A DNA stretch of 30,907 nt from a virus (IMGVR_UViG_3300012953_000125:1-30907); one strand, 5' to 3'; numbered from the stretch's first letter, positions 20,201 to 29,311 are shown. Notes: generated by a model not told the origin, from the letters alone. Translations and numbers: made by a program.

Positions 20201-23200
20201 ACTTATGTTCCTAGTAAAGTGGACTTAGGTGGTTTGGAACCTGACGGTGAATTTGAATTAGCAGACGCAGTAGACTTTAGACCAGTATTAGGTCAGATTT
20301 TAGGAACCTCTACCTTTAGTTCAGCTGCTCCGAATCCTGAAGCACCAATAAACTTAAGTGATACTACTGCTGGTGCAGTGTCTTCACCATTCTCATACTT
20401 TAGTAAATCATTTGAAGAAGCTGTTACAGGTGTTTCAGCTACAGGTGCTAGTGCGGTAGACGTTCCAGTCCCAGGCTCAAATGTAGTTGGTGATATTTCA
20501 TTCTATGTTGGAAGAATCGATAAAGTCTTCTTACATCAAGACGGTGAATTCCAAATATCTCAAGGAACTCCTTCCCTAACTCCTATGAAACCAAAAGGAC
20601 TCGATGACGCTATCGAATTATATGAGTTGAGAATTCCACCTTACACTGATGATTTAAAGAAAGTAAGATTAAGAAGTGTAGACCATAGAAGGTTTACAAT
20701 GAAAGATATCGGTAAGATATCTAACCGTGTTGCAAACTTAGAAAGGTTGACAACATTATCTCTACTAGAAAGAGATACACAAACAATGCAATTCCAAGAC
20801 GAAGACGGACTTGATAGATTCAAATCAGGTTTTGTTGTGGATTCATTTAAAGGACATAATATTGGAGACGTTAATCACTTAGATTATAATTGTGCGATTG
20901 ACACAAAATCAGGCGTATTAAGACCTAAGAGTTTCCAAAACTTTTTTGACATAGAATTAGATACAGTTAATAGTTCAAACTATCAAAAAACTGGTGACTT
21001 AATTACCTTACCTTATACAAGTAGAACATATGTAAATCAAAGTAAAGCGTCAAGGGCAATGAATGTCAACCCATATCACGTATTTGCATTTATTGGAAAT
21101 GTTAGTTTAACACCTGCATCAGATATATGGCAAGACCAAACACAATTACCCGAAGTAAGAATAAACAGAGAAGGTAACTTTGACGCACTATTAGCTGAAA
21201 GTGGAGACCTCGGAACTGTTTGGAATTCATGGCAAACAACATGGGTTGGAGAACCTACAACTACATCTACAGAAGTTCTTTCAACTTCTAGTGGTTCATG
21301 GAGTGGAGACCCAGCACAAGGTGGTGAATGGGTATCAGGAACAGAAGTATCTAGAGAAATTACAAACACAGTAGAAACACAAAGTAGAACTGGTATTAGA
21401 ACTACAGTAGTAGAAGACTTTGTAGAAGATAGAAATGACAGAGTTGTAAGTATATCTGTTATTCCATTTATCCGTGCTCAAACAATTGAGATTGACGCTG
21501 TAAACTTAAAACCTGATTCATTCCATTACGTATACTTTGACAGTCAAGACGTAAATGCATTTGTAAGACCTTTCAATGCAACGTATTCACAAGACGGTGG
21601 AACGACTGCAAGTTCAGGAATTAAAGCAGACGGTAACGGTAGAGTTCGTGCATATTTTGATTTACCTAATAATAGTGTAAATAGATTCGCAACTGGACAA
21701 AGAGATTTAAAAGTAACTTCAAGTTTTTACAACGAATCAAATCCTTCATCAGCTGGTGATGCGTCATTCAGTGCACAAGGATTATTACAAGCTAACCAAA
21801 CTGAAATTATTTCTACTAGAAATGGTAGAGTGGTTATGGGTGCAACTAGTAGTAACAGACAGATAACAAGACGTGGTGAGGTAATGAACTCACGAAACGT
21901 AGATACTGACCCACCACCACGTCCACAACCAGTGGTTCCAGTTCCTGCAGTTCCACCAACACCGCCCCCTGTTCCGCCAGAGGTTCCGCCTGTTGACCCA
22001 CCACCTTTTAATTTTAATATACCTATTAATGCAATTGGTGAAGCAGGTTTTACTTTTGACTTCCCTGAATTTGGATTTATGGGGTGGAGAGACCCACTTG
22101 CACAATCATTCTTGGTTGATAAGACTGGTGGTATGTATCTAACAGAAATAGACTTGTTCTTTAAAACAAAAGATGAAAGTTTACCTGTATCTGTAGAACT
22201 TAGAAACATGGTTAATGGATATCCTGGCCAAATTATATTACCATTCTCAGAAGTTACAAAAAATCCTGCAGATGTTAATTTAACACAGGACGGTTCAACC
22301 GCAACAACATTTACATTCCCAAGTCCAGTATTTTTAGAAGAAGGACAGGAATATTGTTTCGTGGTTCTTTCAAATTCTGATAAGTATGAAGCATACATTT
22401 CAAGAATGGGTGAAACAGACTTAATAACTGGACAAACAATTTCAGGACAACCATATGCTGGTTCATTGTTTATGTCACAAAACTCTTCGACATGGACTGC
22501 AGAACAAACAGACGATTTGAAGTTCCATATGAAGTATGCATCTTTTGATACTGCAAAAATACCAGTTGTCAAATTTAATAACAAAAGTTTATCTGCTTCA
22601 CCTTTACAAGCAAATCCGATTGAATCATATGTTGGAACAAATTACGTAAGAGTTTATTCTTTCAGTCATGGTATGTATGATACTAGTTCTAACGCTGTGA
22701 TAGCAGGAGTAACGGGAGAAGCTATAGGTGGAGTAATTAATATTGAAGCAGAAGGTTCAATGGCAACAACTGGAACTCTTCCTGCAGATGGGTCTTATAA
22801 TGACCTTGCAACAACTAATGACGGAAGTGGAACAGGTTGCACCGTAGATATAACAATAGCTTCGGGTGCAATAAGTTCAGTTAAAATTTCAAATCCAGGC
22901 TTCGGATATTTAGCTACCAACGCATTAACAGTTACTAACTTTGGTAGTGCAACAAATACTGTTGCAATTGATATTGATACCGTAGACCAAACAATTGGTG
23001 GTATTCCAGTATCAGCTATTAATGGAACATATACTTCTATTGCAAATATAGATATCGATAGTTACACAGTAATACCTGACCTATCAGGCACAGACCTTAA
23101 ATCAGGTTACGTAGCATTATCAAGCACACAAAGTGGTGGAACAGATGTAACTGCACAGAGAAACTATTACTTTGATACAATACATACAATGATACCAAGT

Positions 23201-23920
23201 GTTCAATTAAAGAATACATTGTTGCACACTAACATTAGAACAACTGCAATGAAATCGCCAGAAGGTGTAGGTGGAACTGCATATAGTAAAACAAACACTG
23301 CAGAGTTTATCACATTGAACGATAACCACTTCTTAGACCAACCAGCGATTGTTGCTTCACCAATTAATGAAACCAATGAAATGGCAAGTGTAAGTTCGTT
23401 CACTGTTACTTTACAAATGCAATCACCAAGAAGTAACTTGTCACCTATGATTGACGTTTCTTCATTAGGTGCATTAGGTATCATGAACAGACTAAACAAT
23501 ATAGACAGTAGTTCAGACCTTGCGACAGGACTTACATATGTGGATTCTACGGAAGCTGACGGTGATAACAACGCATTTGTTTACTGCACAAGAAAAGTGT
23601 CTCTGGCTACGCCTGGCACCGCTGTGAAGGTTATGTTAGACGGGTTTAGACCTGCAAATACAGATTTAAAAGTTTTATTTAAAGTATTAGAAAATGATAA
23701 TTCAACACCATTTGATGATGTTGGTTGGACATTCTTTAATACGGACGGTTCGCCTGATGTTACAGTAGGTAATGACGCAAGAAACTTTAAGGAATATAAT
23801 TACACAGTTGAAGGACTTGCAGAATTCTCAGCATTCGCAGTTAAGATTGTAGGACAATCAACAAATACAAGTAAAGTTCCATTAGTAAGTAACTTGAGGG
23901 CGATTGCATTAGCAACGTAA
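17216..23920 (+). CDS. Very large virion structural protein (DUF4815 / VrlC-like), 2234 aa
   Basis: LNVSPYYDDY, QARELTQ.QSILQNQIE, AAGADRLKI, GKAYVKGY, RRFTMKDIG, RFKSGFVVDSF, DPLAQSF and WTAEQTDDLKF motifs; ends NLRAIALAT. Follows gp8 as in marine T4-likes. Confidence 0.8.
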   Translation: MPEKVDLNVSPYYDDYNEDSKYHKVLYRPSRPIQARELTQGQSILQNQIERFGDHMFKEGSIITGAESNVDMDVIYVKVESSNPNSLGTVGVENYRTSFDTKYLQGKTSGVVAQVVTSYAETTSDAITYIVRNYKSGTDTDNSSRFSAGEELQEVVIDSSGNATSASNNNELKVKDSTHTPVGRSSLAEIQEGVVFVRGFFVKVSKQQITLEKYSGSPSYRVGLEIAETLVGTSGDSTLFDNAQGSSNENAAGADRLKIELTLAKHLIDATTDANFVELMRVNNGVMELSIQRPEYNAFQSLLAQRTFDTSGDFIVRQFVPILKEHLDDGTNGGIYSTLNGGDSNQFCIKVSAGKAYVKGYDVERPVGSTIAIKKARNTASLTGASTPVRLGNFIKIKNSHGLPEFGNEAGTDAQSPYGIVKLFDGVIATPGTENSLSSTSRQIGFARIRNFDFDTAGTSNSDEVWDNATRFNAYLFDIKMFTALRYSNHSGTAVVGDKVTGSVSGATGIIAYDHTAASGGGTNGALFVHDVVGTFTSADAISSTNGTFAMTTAQHIGENFCGTDNQVRTYNIDRVRGISQAPKTGTRETFTGDVFTDNDFILTGQATINGTALTGFASKFTSELKEGDIVIDGAGAEQVVSSVTSDTAVVLTASAAALSNTNVTRRRTRVFLQDQTASIYAWPRDYVKTHAPDQVQVRRSQNVTISSGAITLSSGSAETFSTRTNDNYVFSCVEASTNGSATFAAGDMIDVVNNLAGSPFTDSIVGNNLEISGFPTADNGAILKVTFTVDINTPVNRDKSLKQARCLSVVNSRTTGGFYGTCYNDKEISLGVADCYKVRAVYEGDGVNAPLPPSATFTETSNPAVAFQSFEVVKGNTSDARAIIVNYNGSANKSFFYYQGNSVFTEGETIIGQTSKAVGTVTAVTSGATNITSRYLFDDGQRDGFYDHGKLVLKPGTPPANNRLLILFDYFTSTGNGDFFDVNSYAGLEYEEIPTYVPSKVDLGGLEPDGEFELADAVDFRPVLGQILGTSTFSSAAPNPEAPINLSDTTAGAVSSPFSYFSKSFEEAVTGVSATGASAVDVPVPGSNVVGDISFYVGRIDKVFLHQDGEFQISQGTPSLTPMKPKGLDDAIELYELRIPPYTDDLKKVRLRSVDHRRFTMKDIGKISNRVANLERLTTLSLLERDTQTMQFQDEDGLDRFKSGFVVDSFKGHNIGDVNHLDYNCAIDTKSGVLRPKSFQNFFDIELDTVNSSNYQKTGDLITLPYTSRTYVNQSKASRAMNVNPYHVFAFIGNVSLTPASDIWQDQTQLPEVRINREGNFDALLAESGDLGTVWNSWQTTWVGEPTTTSTEVLSTSSGSWSGDPAQGGEWVSGTEVSREITNTVETQSRTGIRTTVVEDFVEDRNDRVVSISVIPFIRAQTIEIDAVNLKPDSFHYVYFDSQDVNAFVRPFNATYSQDGGTTASSGIKADGNGRVRAYFDLPNNSVNRFATGQRDLKVTSSFYNESNPSSAGDASFSAQGLLQANQTEIISTRNGRVVMGATSSNRQITRRGEVMNSRNVDTDPPPRPQPVVPVPAVPPTPPPVPPEVPPVDPPPFNFNIPINAIGEAGFTFDFPEFGFMGWRDPLAQSFLVDKTGGMYLTEIDLFFKTKDESLPVSVELRNMVNGYPGQIILPFSEVTKNPADVNLTQDGSTATTFTFPSPVFLEEGQEYCFVVLSNSDKYEAYISRMGETDLITGQTISGQPYAGSLFMSQNSSTWTAEQTDDLKFHMKYASFDTAKIPVVKFNNKSLSASPLQANPIESYVGTNYVRVYSFSHGMYDTSSNAVIAGVTGEAIGGVINIEAEGSMATTGTLPADGSYNDLATTNDGSGTGCTVDITIASGAISSVKISNPGFGYLATNALTVTNFGSATNTVAIDIDTVDQTIGGIPVSAINGTYTSIANIDIDSYTVIPDLSGTDLKSGYVALSSTQSGGTDVTAQRNYYFDTIHTMIPSVQLKNTLLHTNIRTTAMKSPEGVGGTAYSKTNTAEFITLNDNHFLDQPAIVASPINETNEMASVSSFTVTLQMQSPRSNLSPMIDVSSLGALGIMNRLNNIDSSSDLATGLTYVDSTEADGDNNAFVYCTRKVSLATPGTAVKVMLDGFRPANTDLKVLFKVLENDNSTPFDDVGWTFFNTDGSPDVTVGNDARNFKEYNYTVEGLAEFSAFAVKIVGQSTNTSKVPLVSNLRAIALAT

Positions 23921-23924
23921 TAAT

Positions 23925-24164
23925 ATGTCTAAGTTTGCATATGAAAAAGGACATAGTAAAGTAGAAGGACATTCTTTACTAATTAGAGAAGAAAGTTCAA
24001 GTGCGATTATCAATAATGATGTCGCAGGGTATCAAGCTGCTATAAGAAGAAAGAAAGTCTTTCAGATACAGCGAGATGAAATAAATATGTTAAAAGATGA
24101 AATGGGTGAGATAAAACAACTATTAGGTGAAATATTAGAGAGAACAAATGGCAAAAACAGTTGA
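23925..24164 (+). CDS. Small hypothetical protein with C-terminal coiled coil
   Basis: KVEGHSLLIREESSSAIIN...EINMLKDEMGEIKQLL resembles the small gene that usually follows the DUF4815 gene. Confidence 0.7.
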   Translation: MSKFAYEKGHSKVEGHSLLIREESSSAIINNDVAGYQAAIRRKKVFQIQRDEINMLKDEMGEIKQLLGEILERTNGKNS

Positions 24165-25734
24165 CCAATTTAGCACGTTAGAAAATTTTAGAACTCGTTA
24201 CAACGACCTTGCATCAGACGTTGGGGATATCTCTGGCTTAAGAACTGACGTTACAGGAAATCTAATAGACGCAATCAACAGTATAGAAGATAAAACATTC
24301 TTCTATCAAGAGTTTCTTTATACTGCAACTGCTTCTCAAACTGCATTTACAGGAAATGACGCATTTAGTAATGACTTAGTATTCAAGAAAGATAGAATAC
24401 AGGTTTATAAAAATGGTTCATTGTTAAGGGTTGGTGACGATTATGTTTTAGCAAGTCAACAATCAGACGGAACATTCAAACAGATTACACTTATTTCAGG
24501 TGCAAGTTCAGGTGATAAAATCGCTATACATGCTTTCACTGGTTCGTTCTTAACGGTTCAAGGTGGTGGTGTAGGTGGTAGTTCTTTATTCACAGAAACT
24601 GCAAACAATACAATTTTTAACCATAACAGTAATGGTATAATATTAAACGCAAACAATACTCCTTCTATAACTTCATTAGATACTGGTGTAAATATTCAGT
24701 TAGAAGGTGTAACTAAAGTTGACGGTAATTTATCAGTTGATACTGGACACACATTTACCGCTCCAACAATTACAGACGGAACAATATCAATAACTGGTGG
24801 TAACCTTACTAACGCAACAAGTATAACTTCTACTGCATTTGCTGGTAACTTGACAGGCGATGTAACAGGTGATACTACAGGAACACACATTGGGCCGTTA
24901 ACTTCGAGTTCAGGAAATGTTCAGGTTACAGCAGCTACATACATAACAGAATTTAGAGGTGGTGGTTCTACCGAAGGGCAGATTAAACTTAACTGTCACG
25001 TTAACTCTCATGGTCAAACAATTAAACCACAACCACATAGTGCAAATGTTACAAATACTTTAACACTCCCTGCTGGTGGAGACCAAGAGTTAGTTGGAAC
25101 AAGTGCAACTCAAACATTAACAAATAAAACTATTACAGGGACTTTTACTGGTTCATTAACAGGAACTACTTCTGATATTTCTAATCATAGTATCACAGGA
25201 TTAAGTGACGTTCATGGAACACCTAGTGACGGACAGATACTTGTTTATAGTTCAAGCAATAGTAGGTATGAACCTACAAACCAAAATACTTCTGACAGTG
25301 TAACAGAGGGTTCAAGTAATTTATATTTCACAAATGAAAGAGTTGACGATAGAGTTAATTCATTATTAGTTGGTGGAACAGGTATCTCATTAACATATGA
25401 CGATGCAGGTAATTCTTTAACTATTAATGGAAATGCTTTATATGGTGACGAAGATGTTTTAGACTTCTTAGGTGGCGGTGGACTAGTCGGTGGAAATGGT
25501 ATCGACCTATCATATGATGACGCCGCTAATACATTAACCATTCACAGTGATATTGAAGGTGGTTCAGGTCTGCTTGCAGTTACAGAAGCAACAGGATTAA
25601 ACACTATAAATATCGGCGCAGGTAAAGGAATAAAAGTTAACGCAGATGACGTGCAACTTGACTACGAAGTAACTAACTCAACCCCAGGCTCAGTTGGTTC
25701 TACACCCGATGGTCACCTTTGGTTTGTGATATAG
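24148..25734 (+). CDS. Tail fibre / whisker-like protein, 528 aa
   Basis: N-terminal TLENFRTRYNDL anchor, a TATASQTxF Ig-like module, GNLTGDVTG, TQTLTNKT, LSDV...DGQILVY, EGSSNLYFTNER, two GIxLxYDDAxNxLTI repeats, and C-terminal PDGHLWFVI. Confidence 0.75.
   Translation: MAKTVDQFSTLENFRTRYNDLASDVGDISGLRTDVTGNLIDAINSIEDKTFFYQEFLYTATASQTAFTGNDAFSNDLVFKKDRIQVYKNGSLLRVGDDYVLASQQSDGTFKQITLISGASSGDKIAIHAFTGSFLTVQGGGVGGSSLFTETANNTIFNHNSNGIILNANNTPSITSLDTGVNIQLEGVTKVDGNLSVDTGHTFTAPTITDGTISITGGNLTNATSITSTAFAGNLTGDVTGDTTGTHIGPLTSSSGNVQVTAATYITEFRGGGSTEGQIKLNCHVNSHGQTIKPQPHSANVTNTLTLPAGGDQELVGTSATQTLTNKTITGTFTGSLTGTTSDISNHSITGLSDVHGTPSDGQILVYSSSNSRYEPTNQNTSDSVTEGSSNLYFTNERVDDRVNSLLVGGTGISLTYDDAGNSLTINGNALYGDEDVLDFLGGGGLVGGNGIDLSYDDAANTLTIHSDIEGGSGLLAVTEATGLNTINIGAGKGIKVNADDVQLDYEVTNSTPGSVGSTPDGHLWFVI
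25605..25612 (+). promoter_or_regulatory. Possible internal late promoter TATAAATA upstream of the 476-aa repeat gene
   Basis: Exact consensus inside the upstream CDS, about 140 nt before ATG 25752. Could be chance in AT-rich DNA. Confidence 0.35.
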
Positions 25735-25751
25735 TGAATGAGTAATGTGTA

Positions 25752-27182
25752 ATGGCAGACGAAATATATATAAACACCAAGAATGCTCCACATAGTCAAG
25801 TAGGTCAACTCGGGCCTACAGGAACCTTTCAACAAAGTTATGACGGGCAAAGACAACTAACTGGTAGACTTCAAAACCAAAGAGCTGTAACTGGTCAAAC
25901 TCCATTTACATATCAAAATAGATATCCATTTACGTATCCTGCAAGTGCAAGAGGAAGAACTCCTTCTACATATCAGGCAAGGTATCCTTATCCTGCTAAT
26001 ACACTAGTAAGATATCCATTTACATATCCTGCAATAGGAAGAAACCCATATCCTGCAGGTGCACAAGGTAGATATCCATTTAATTATCAAGCAAGATATC
26101 CATTTCCTACTACGTATCAGGCAAGACAACCAAGTAATTATCAAGCAAGATATCCATTTACATATCCTGCTAATGCGAGAGGACAAGCACCGTATACTTA
26201 TCCTGCTAATGCACGACAAGCTTATCCTGCAAGTGCACAAACACCGTATCCTGCAAATGCATCGACACGAGTTCAATCAGCAACCCAAGTAAACTACAAT
26301 TATACTACTCAAGTAAGTTTTCAGGGGCCACACCAACAACCGACTCCATATAATTTCCCTGTTGGTCTTGGTGGTAAATTAGGTGATGCACAGGTGCCTG
26401 GCCAAGCACAGAACACTACTCAAGGCCCATATACTGGGCCTCAACCTGCGGTAGGAAGAAGACCTTTTTCTTATCCAGCGGCAAGAACGGTATCAGGAAC
26501 TTCCCAGTATCCCGAAGGTGAAGGTGGAGTTCAGTTTGGTCGTTTTCCGATACCTTATACGTTTACTCAATTCTATCAATTTGAACCTAGAAGTCAAGCC
26601 TCACAACCATTTACATATCAGGCAAGGTCACCATCAAATTATCAAGCACGAAATCCATTTACTTATCAGGCAAGTGCACAGACAAGATATCCATTTACGT
26701 ATCAAGCAAACGCTAGAGGAAGATATCCTGCAAATGCACAAACAGCTTATCCTGCAAATACTAATGCACAAGGAAGATATCCTGCAAGTGCACAAGGTAG
26801 ATATCCATTTAATTATCAAGCACAACAACCATTTCCGTATCAAGCAAATGCTAGAGGAAATACGCCGTCTACTTATCAAGCACAAGGAAGGTATCCTGCA
26901 AACGCACAAAACAGATATCCATATAACTACCAAGCGAACGCAAGAGGAACATATCCTGCAAATGCACAGAATCCTTATCCGTTCCAACAGAATTATCAAA
27001 ATCCTTATCCGTATACGCAACCTTATCCAACCACTAGACCTATTGGAAATGTTGCTAAGGCAAAAGGTATTTACATAAATGATGCAGGAACTTTAAGAAA
27101 ATTACAAGAAGTATATGTAAATAACCAAGGAAGTTTAGAAAAAATTCACCAAACAGTTCCTGCACCGCAATTCCAAAAGTAA
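25752..27182 (+). CDS. Q/Y/P/A/R-rich repeat protein with mirror-symmetric arms; putative fibre-tip adhesin or stalk
   Basis: Units such as QARYPFTY and PANAQxxY form two 128-aa arms around a unique 107-aa centre. C-terminal GIYINDAGTLRKLQEVYVNNQGSLEKIH motif. Confidence 0.75.
   Translation: MADEIYINTKNAPHSQVGQLGPTGTFQQSYDGQRQLTGRLQNQRAVTGQTPFTYQNRYPFTYPASARGRTPSTYQARYPYPANTLVRYPFTYPAIGRNPYPAGAQGRYPFNYQARYPFPTTYQARQPSNYQARYPFTYPANARGQAPYTYPANARQAYPASAQTPYPANASTRVQSATQVNYNYTTQVSFQGPHQQPTPYNFPVGLGGKLGDAQVPGQAQNTTQGPYTGPQPAVGRRPFSYPAARTVSGTSQYPEGEGGVQFGRFPIPYTFTQFYQFEPRSQASQPFTYQARSPSNYQARNPFTYQASAQTRYPFTYQANARGRYPANAQTAYPANTNAQGRYPASAQGRYPFNYQAQQPFPYQANARGNTPSTYQAQGRYPANAQNRYPYNYQANARGTYPANAQNPYPFQQNYQNPYPYTQPYPTTRPIGNVAKAKGIYINDAGTLRKLQEVYVNNQGSLEKIHQTVPAPQFQK
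25890..26978 (+). repeat. Degenerate coding repeats (e.g. AGATATCCATTTAC and TATCCTGCAAATGCAC)
   Basis: Many imperfect 18-36 nt units in 25890-26273 and 26595-26978. Confidence 0.85.
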
Positions 27183-27187
27183 TTAGG

Positions 27188-27195
27188 TATAAATA
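27188..27195 (+). promoter_or_regulatory. T4 late promoter TATAAATA, 5 nt before ATG 27201
   Basis: Exact consensus, intergenic. Confidence 0.8.
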
Positions 27196-27200
27196 GTTAA

Positions 27201-27533
27201 ATGGCAGTAATAGCAAACATATACATAGACCAAGGAACTGACTTTACTGTGCAAGTTGATTGCACAGATACTGCTGGTGACGTATTGAATCTTACAGGTT
27301 ATACTCCTACTGCCCAAATTAGAAAAACATATGGTTCTTCTAATGCGACTGCAACCTTCACTTGTTCACATACAGGAGTTGGTGGTGTAGTTAATATGTC
27401 TTTAACTGATGTTCAAACAACTGCTATTGAATCGGGGCGATACGTCTATGACTTAATGGTAACAGACGGAAGTGGTGTTAAAAGTCGTATAGTGGAAGGA
27501 CAAGCAATTGTAACCCCAGGCGTAACGAGGTAA
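27201..27533 (+). CDS. Small virion structural protein, Ig-like adaptor (BppU-N-like)
   Basis: ANIYIDQGTDF, NLTGY..AQIRK, LT..QT.AI..GRYVYD and RIVEG.A.VTPGVT motifs, recalled as common in marine T4-like fibre regions. Confidence 0.7.
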   Translation: MAVIANIYIDQGTDFTVQVDCTDTAGDVLNLTGYTPTAQIRKTYGSSNATATFTCSHTGVGGVVNMSLTDVQTTAIESGRYVYDLMVTDGSGVKSRIVEGQAIVTPGVTR

Positions 27534-27535
27534 AA

Positions 27536-27745
27536 ATGTCAACAATTAAAGGAAGATTGAGAGGAACAGGTAATATCAAGGTGCAAACTTTAAAAGTTGG
27601 TGCAACGGACGTTAATCTATCAACAAAATCTATACAAGAACTTCAAGACGTAGACGCTACTGAAACTGATAAAGGGTATCTTCAATACGACCAAGCTTCT
27701 GATAAATGGAAAACCACGTCAACTATTGACGGTGGCACTTTCTAA
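27536..27745 (+). CDS. Small fibre-associated protein ending IDGGTF
   Basis: IQELQDVD...GYLQYDQASDKW motif; GAGG SD. Confidence 0.7.
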   Translation: MSTIKGRLRGTGNIKVQTLKVGATDVNLSTKSIQELQDVDATETDKGYLQYDQASDKWKTTSTIDGGTF

Positions 27746-27748
27746 TCG

Positions 27749-27756
27749 TATAAATA
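27749..27756 (+). promoter_or_regulatory. T4 late promoter TATAAATA
   Basis: Exact consensus right after the stop, about 120 nt before ATG 27878. Confidence 0.8.
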
Positions 27757-27775
27757 GTATAAGACACAAATCAAG

Positions 27776-27852
27776 GGAACAACCAGTGAGTTCCGACCCA
27801 CAACGTGAGTGGATAGGTTTCATTATGGATATACCCATGTGGGAATAAACTA
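27776..27852 (+). ncRNA. Candidate structured 5' leader (cis-regulatory RNA)
   Basis: Hairpins GGAAC-AACCAGTGA-GTTCC and CCAC-AACGTGA-GTGG have related loops; a third stem centres on ATGG-ATATAC-CCAT. Confidence 0.45.
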
Positions 27853-27877
27853 ACAGAATTATACGAGGAAAATATAA

Positions 27878-29311
27878 ATGGCAACAGTAATTCAAATTAA
27901 AAGAACGACTGGTGTTTCTAGCCCAACTACATCGAATCTATCTGAATCGGAAATGGCGTATGTCCAAGACCGTTCAAATGATGGTGCTTCCTCTAAGTTG
28001 TTCATTGAGTCTGTAGACTCAAGTTCTAATCCAGTTATACATGAAATCGGTGGTAAATACTTCACTGATATTATTAAAGGTTCGACACCTACTCCTGCCA
28101 ACTTAATTGTTGGTAATAGTGCAACTGCTGGTGCAAGTATTCAACTAAGAGAAGATTCTGACAACGGTTCTAATTTTGTTGCTTTGAAATCGCCAGATTC
28201 AATGGCGTCAAATGTAACATTTACTATGATGTCAGCAGACGGTTCTGCTAATCAGGTAATAGAAACCGATGGTGCAGGAAATTTAAGTTTTAGGACAGTA
28301 ACATCAACAATTGACGGTGCAACAGACACCAATATCACTTCAGCAGCTGACGGTGCAATGTTACTGTATGATACAGGAACATCTAAATGGATAGATAACG
28401 TAATGTCAGGTGACGCTACAATGGCGGACACTGGTGTTATGACTATTTCAAATGACGCAGTCACACTTGCTAAAATTGCAGACGCAGTTATCATTACCGA
28501 ATCAGAAGGTATTTCAGGTAATGACGTAGACACAGGATTCCCGACAGCGGCTGCTGTTAAGGACTATGTTGATTCAAACATAACTGCACAAGACTTAGAT
28601 ATTACAGGTGATTCAGGAACAGGTGCAGTAGACTTAGATTCCCAAACTTTAAATATCGTAGGAACATCAAATGAAGTTGATACATCAGTAAGTGGTCAAA
28701 CAGTTACAGTAGGTTTACCTAGTGACGTAATAATAGGAAACAACTTATCAGTTACAGGTAACTTCACAGTTAACGGCACAACTACAACTGTTAACTCTAC
28801 AACTACAACTGTAGACGACCCAATCTTTACAGTTGGTGGAGATTCAGCGCCAGGTTCAGACGATAACAAAGATAGAGGTATTGAGTTTAGATACCATGAC
28901 GGTTCTTCTGCTAAAGTAGGTTTCTTTGGTTTTGACGATTCCACAAGTAAGTTCACGTTTATTGCAGACGCTACAAACACTTCCGAAGTATTCTCAGGTT
29001 CAGCAGGTAATGTTGCATTTGGAAACATGGAAGGTGTTGGTTTAGCATTAAGTGGTTCAATAACTTCCGTAGACGGTTCAGCACCAACAGACGGTCAATT
29101 ATTAATTGGTCATAGTTCAAATGGTGACTTCCAAGCTGCTACTTTGACAGCAGGTGAAGGTATTGATATTACTAACGCAGGTGGAAGTATAACAATTGAC
29201 GGAGAAGACGCAACAACTTCAAATAAAGGTATCGCAAGTTTTGCTAGTGCAAACTTCACTGTATCAAGTGGTGCAGTAACTATCACTGGTATTGACGGTG
29301 GGACATTTTAA
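27878..29311 (+). CDS. Tail fibre protein, 477 aa (Mtd_N-like N-terminus, C-terminal IDGGTF)
   Basis: MATVIQIKR...[54 protein letters not shown]...DDPIF and DRGIEF fibre motifs. Confidence 0.8.
   Translation: MATVIQIKRTTGVSSPTTSNLSESEMAYVQDRSNDGASSKLFIESVDSSSNPVIHEIGGKYFTDIIKGSTPTPANLIVGNSATAGASIQLREDSDNGSNFVALKSPDSMASNVTFTMMSADGSANQVIETDGAGNLSFRTVTSTIDGATDTNITSAADGAMLLYDTGTSKWIDNVMSGDATMADTGVMTISNDAVTLAKIADAVIITESEGISGNDVDTGFPTAAAVKDYVDSNITAQDLDITGDSGTGAVDLDSQTLNIVGTSNEVDTSVSGQTVTVGLPSDVIIGNNLSVTGNFTVNGTTTTVNSTTTTVDDPIFTVGGDSAPGSDDNKDRGIEFRYHDGSSAKVGFFGFDDSTSKFTFIADATNTSEVFSGSAGNVAFGNMEGVGLALSGSITSVDGSAPTDGQLLIGHSSNGDFQAATLTAGEGIDITNAGGSITIDGEDATTSNKGIASFASANFTVSSGAVTITGIDGGTF

Noticed and set aside
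17216-23920. Intein or intron in the giant structural gene
   Set aside because: The ORF is continuous, and I saw no intein splice-junction (C...HN) or LAGLIDADG/HNH motifs.
25890-26978. Repeated DNA that could be taken for a CRISPR array
   Set aside because: Units are degenerate, in frame, multiples of 6 nt and lack unique spacers. They are coding repeats.
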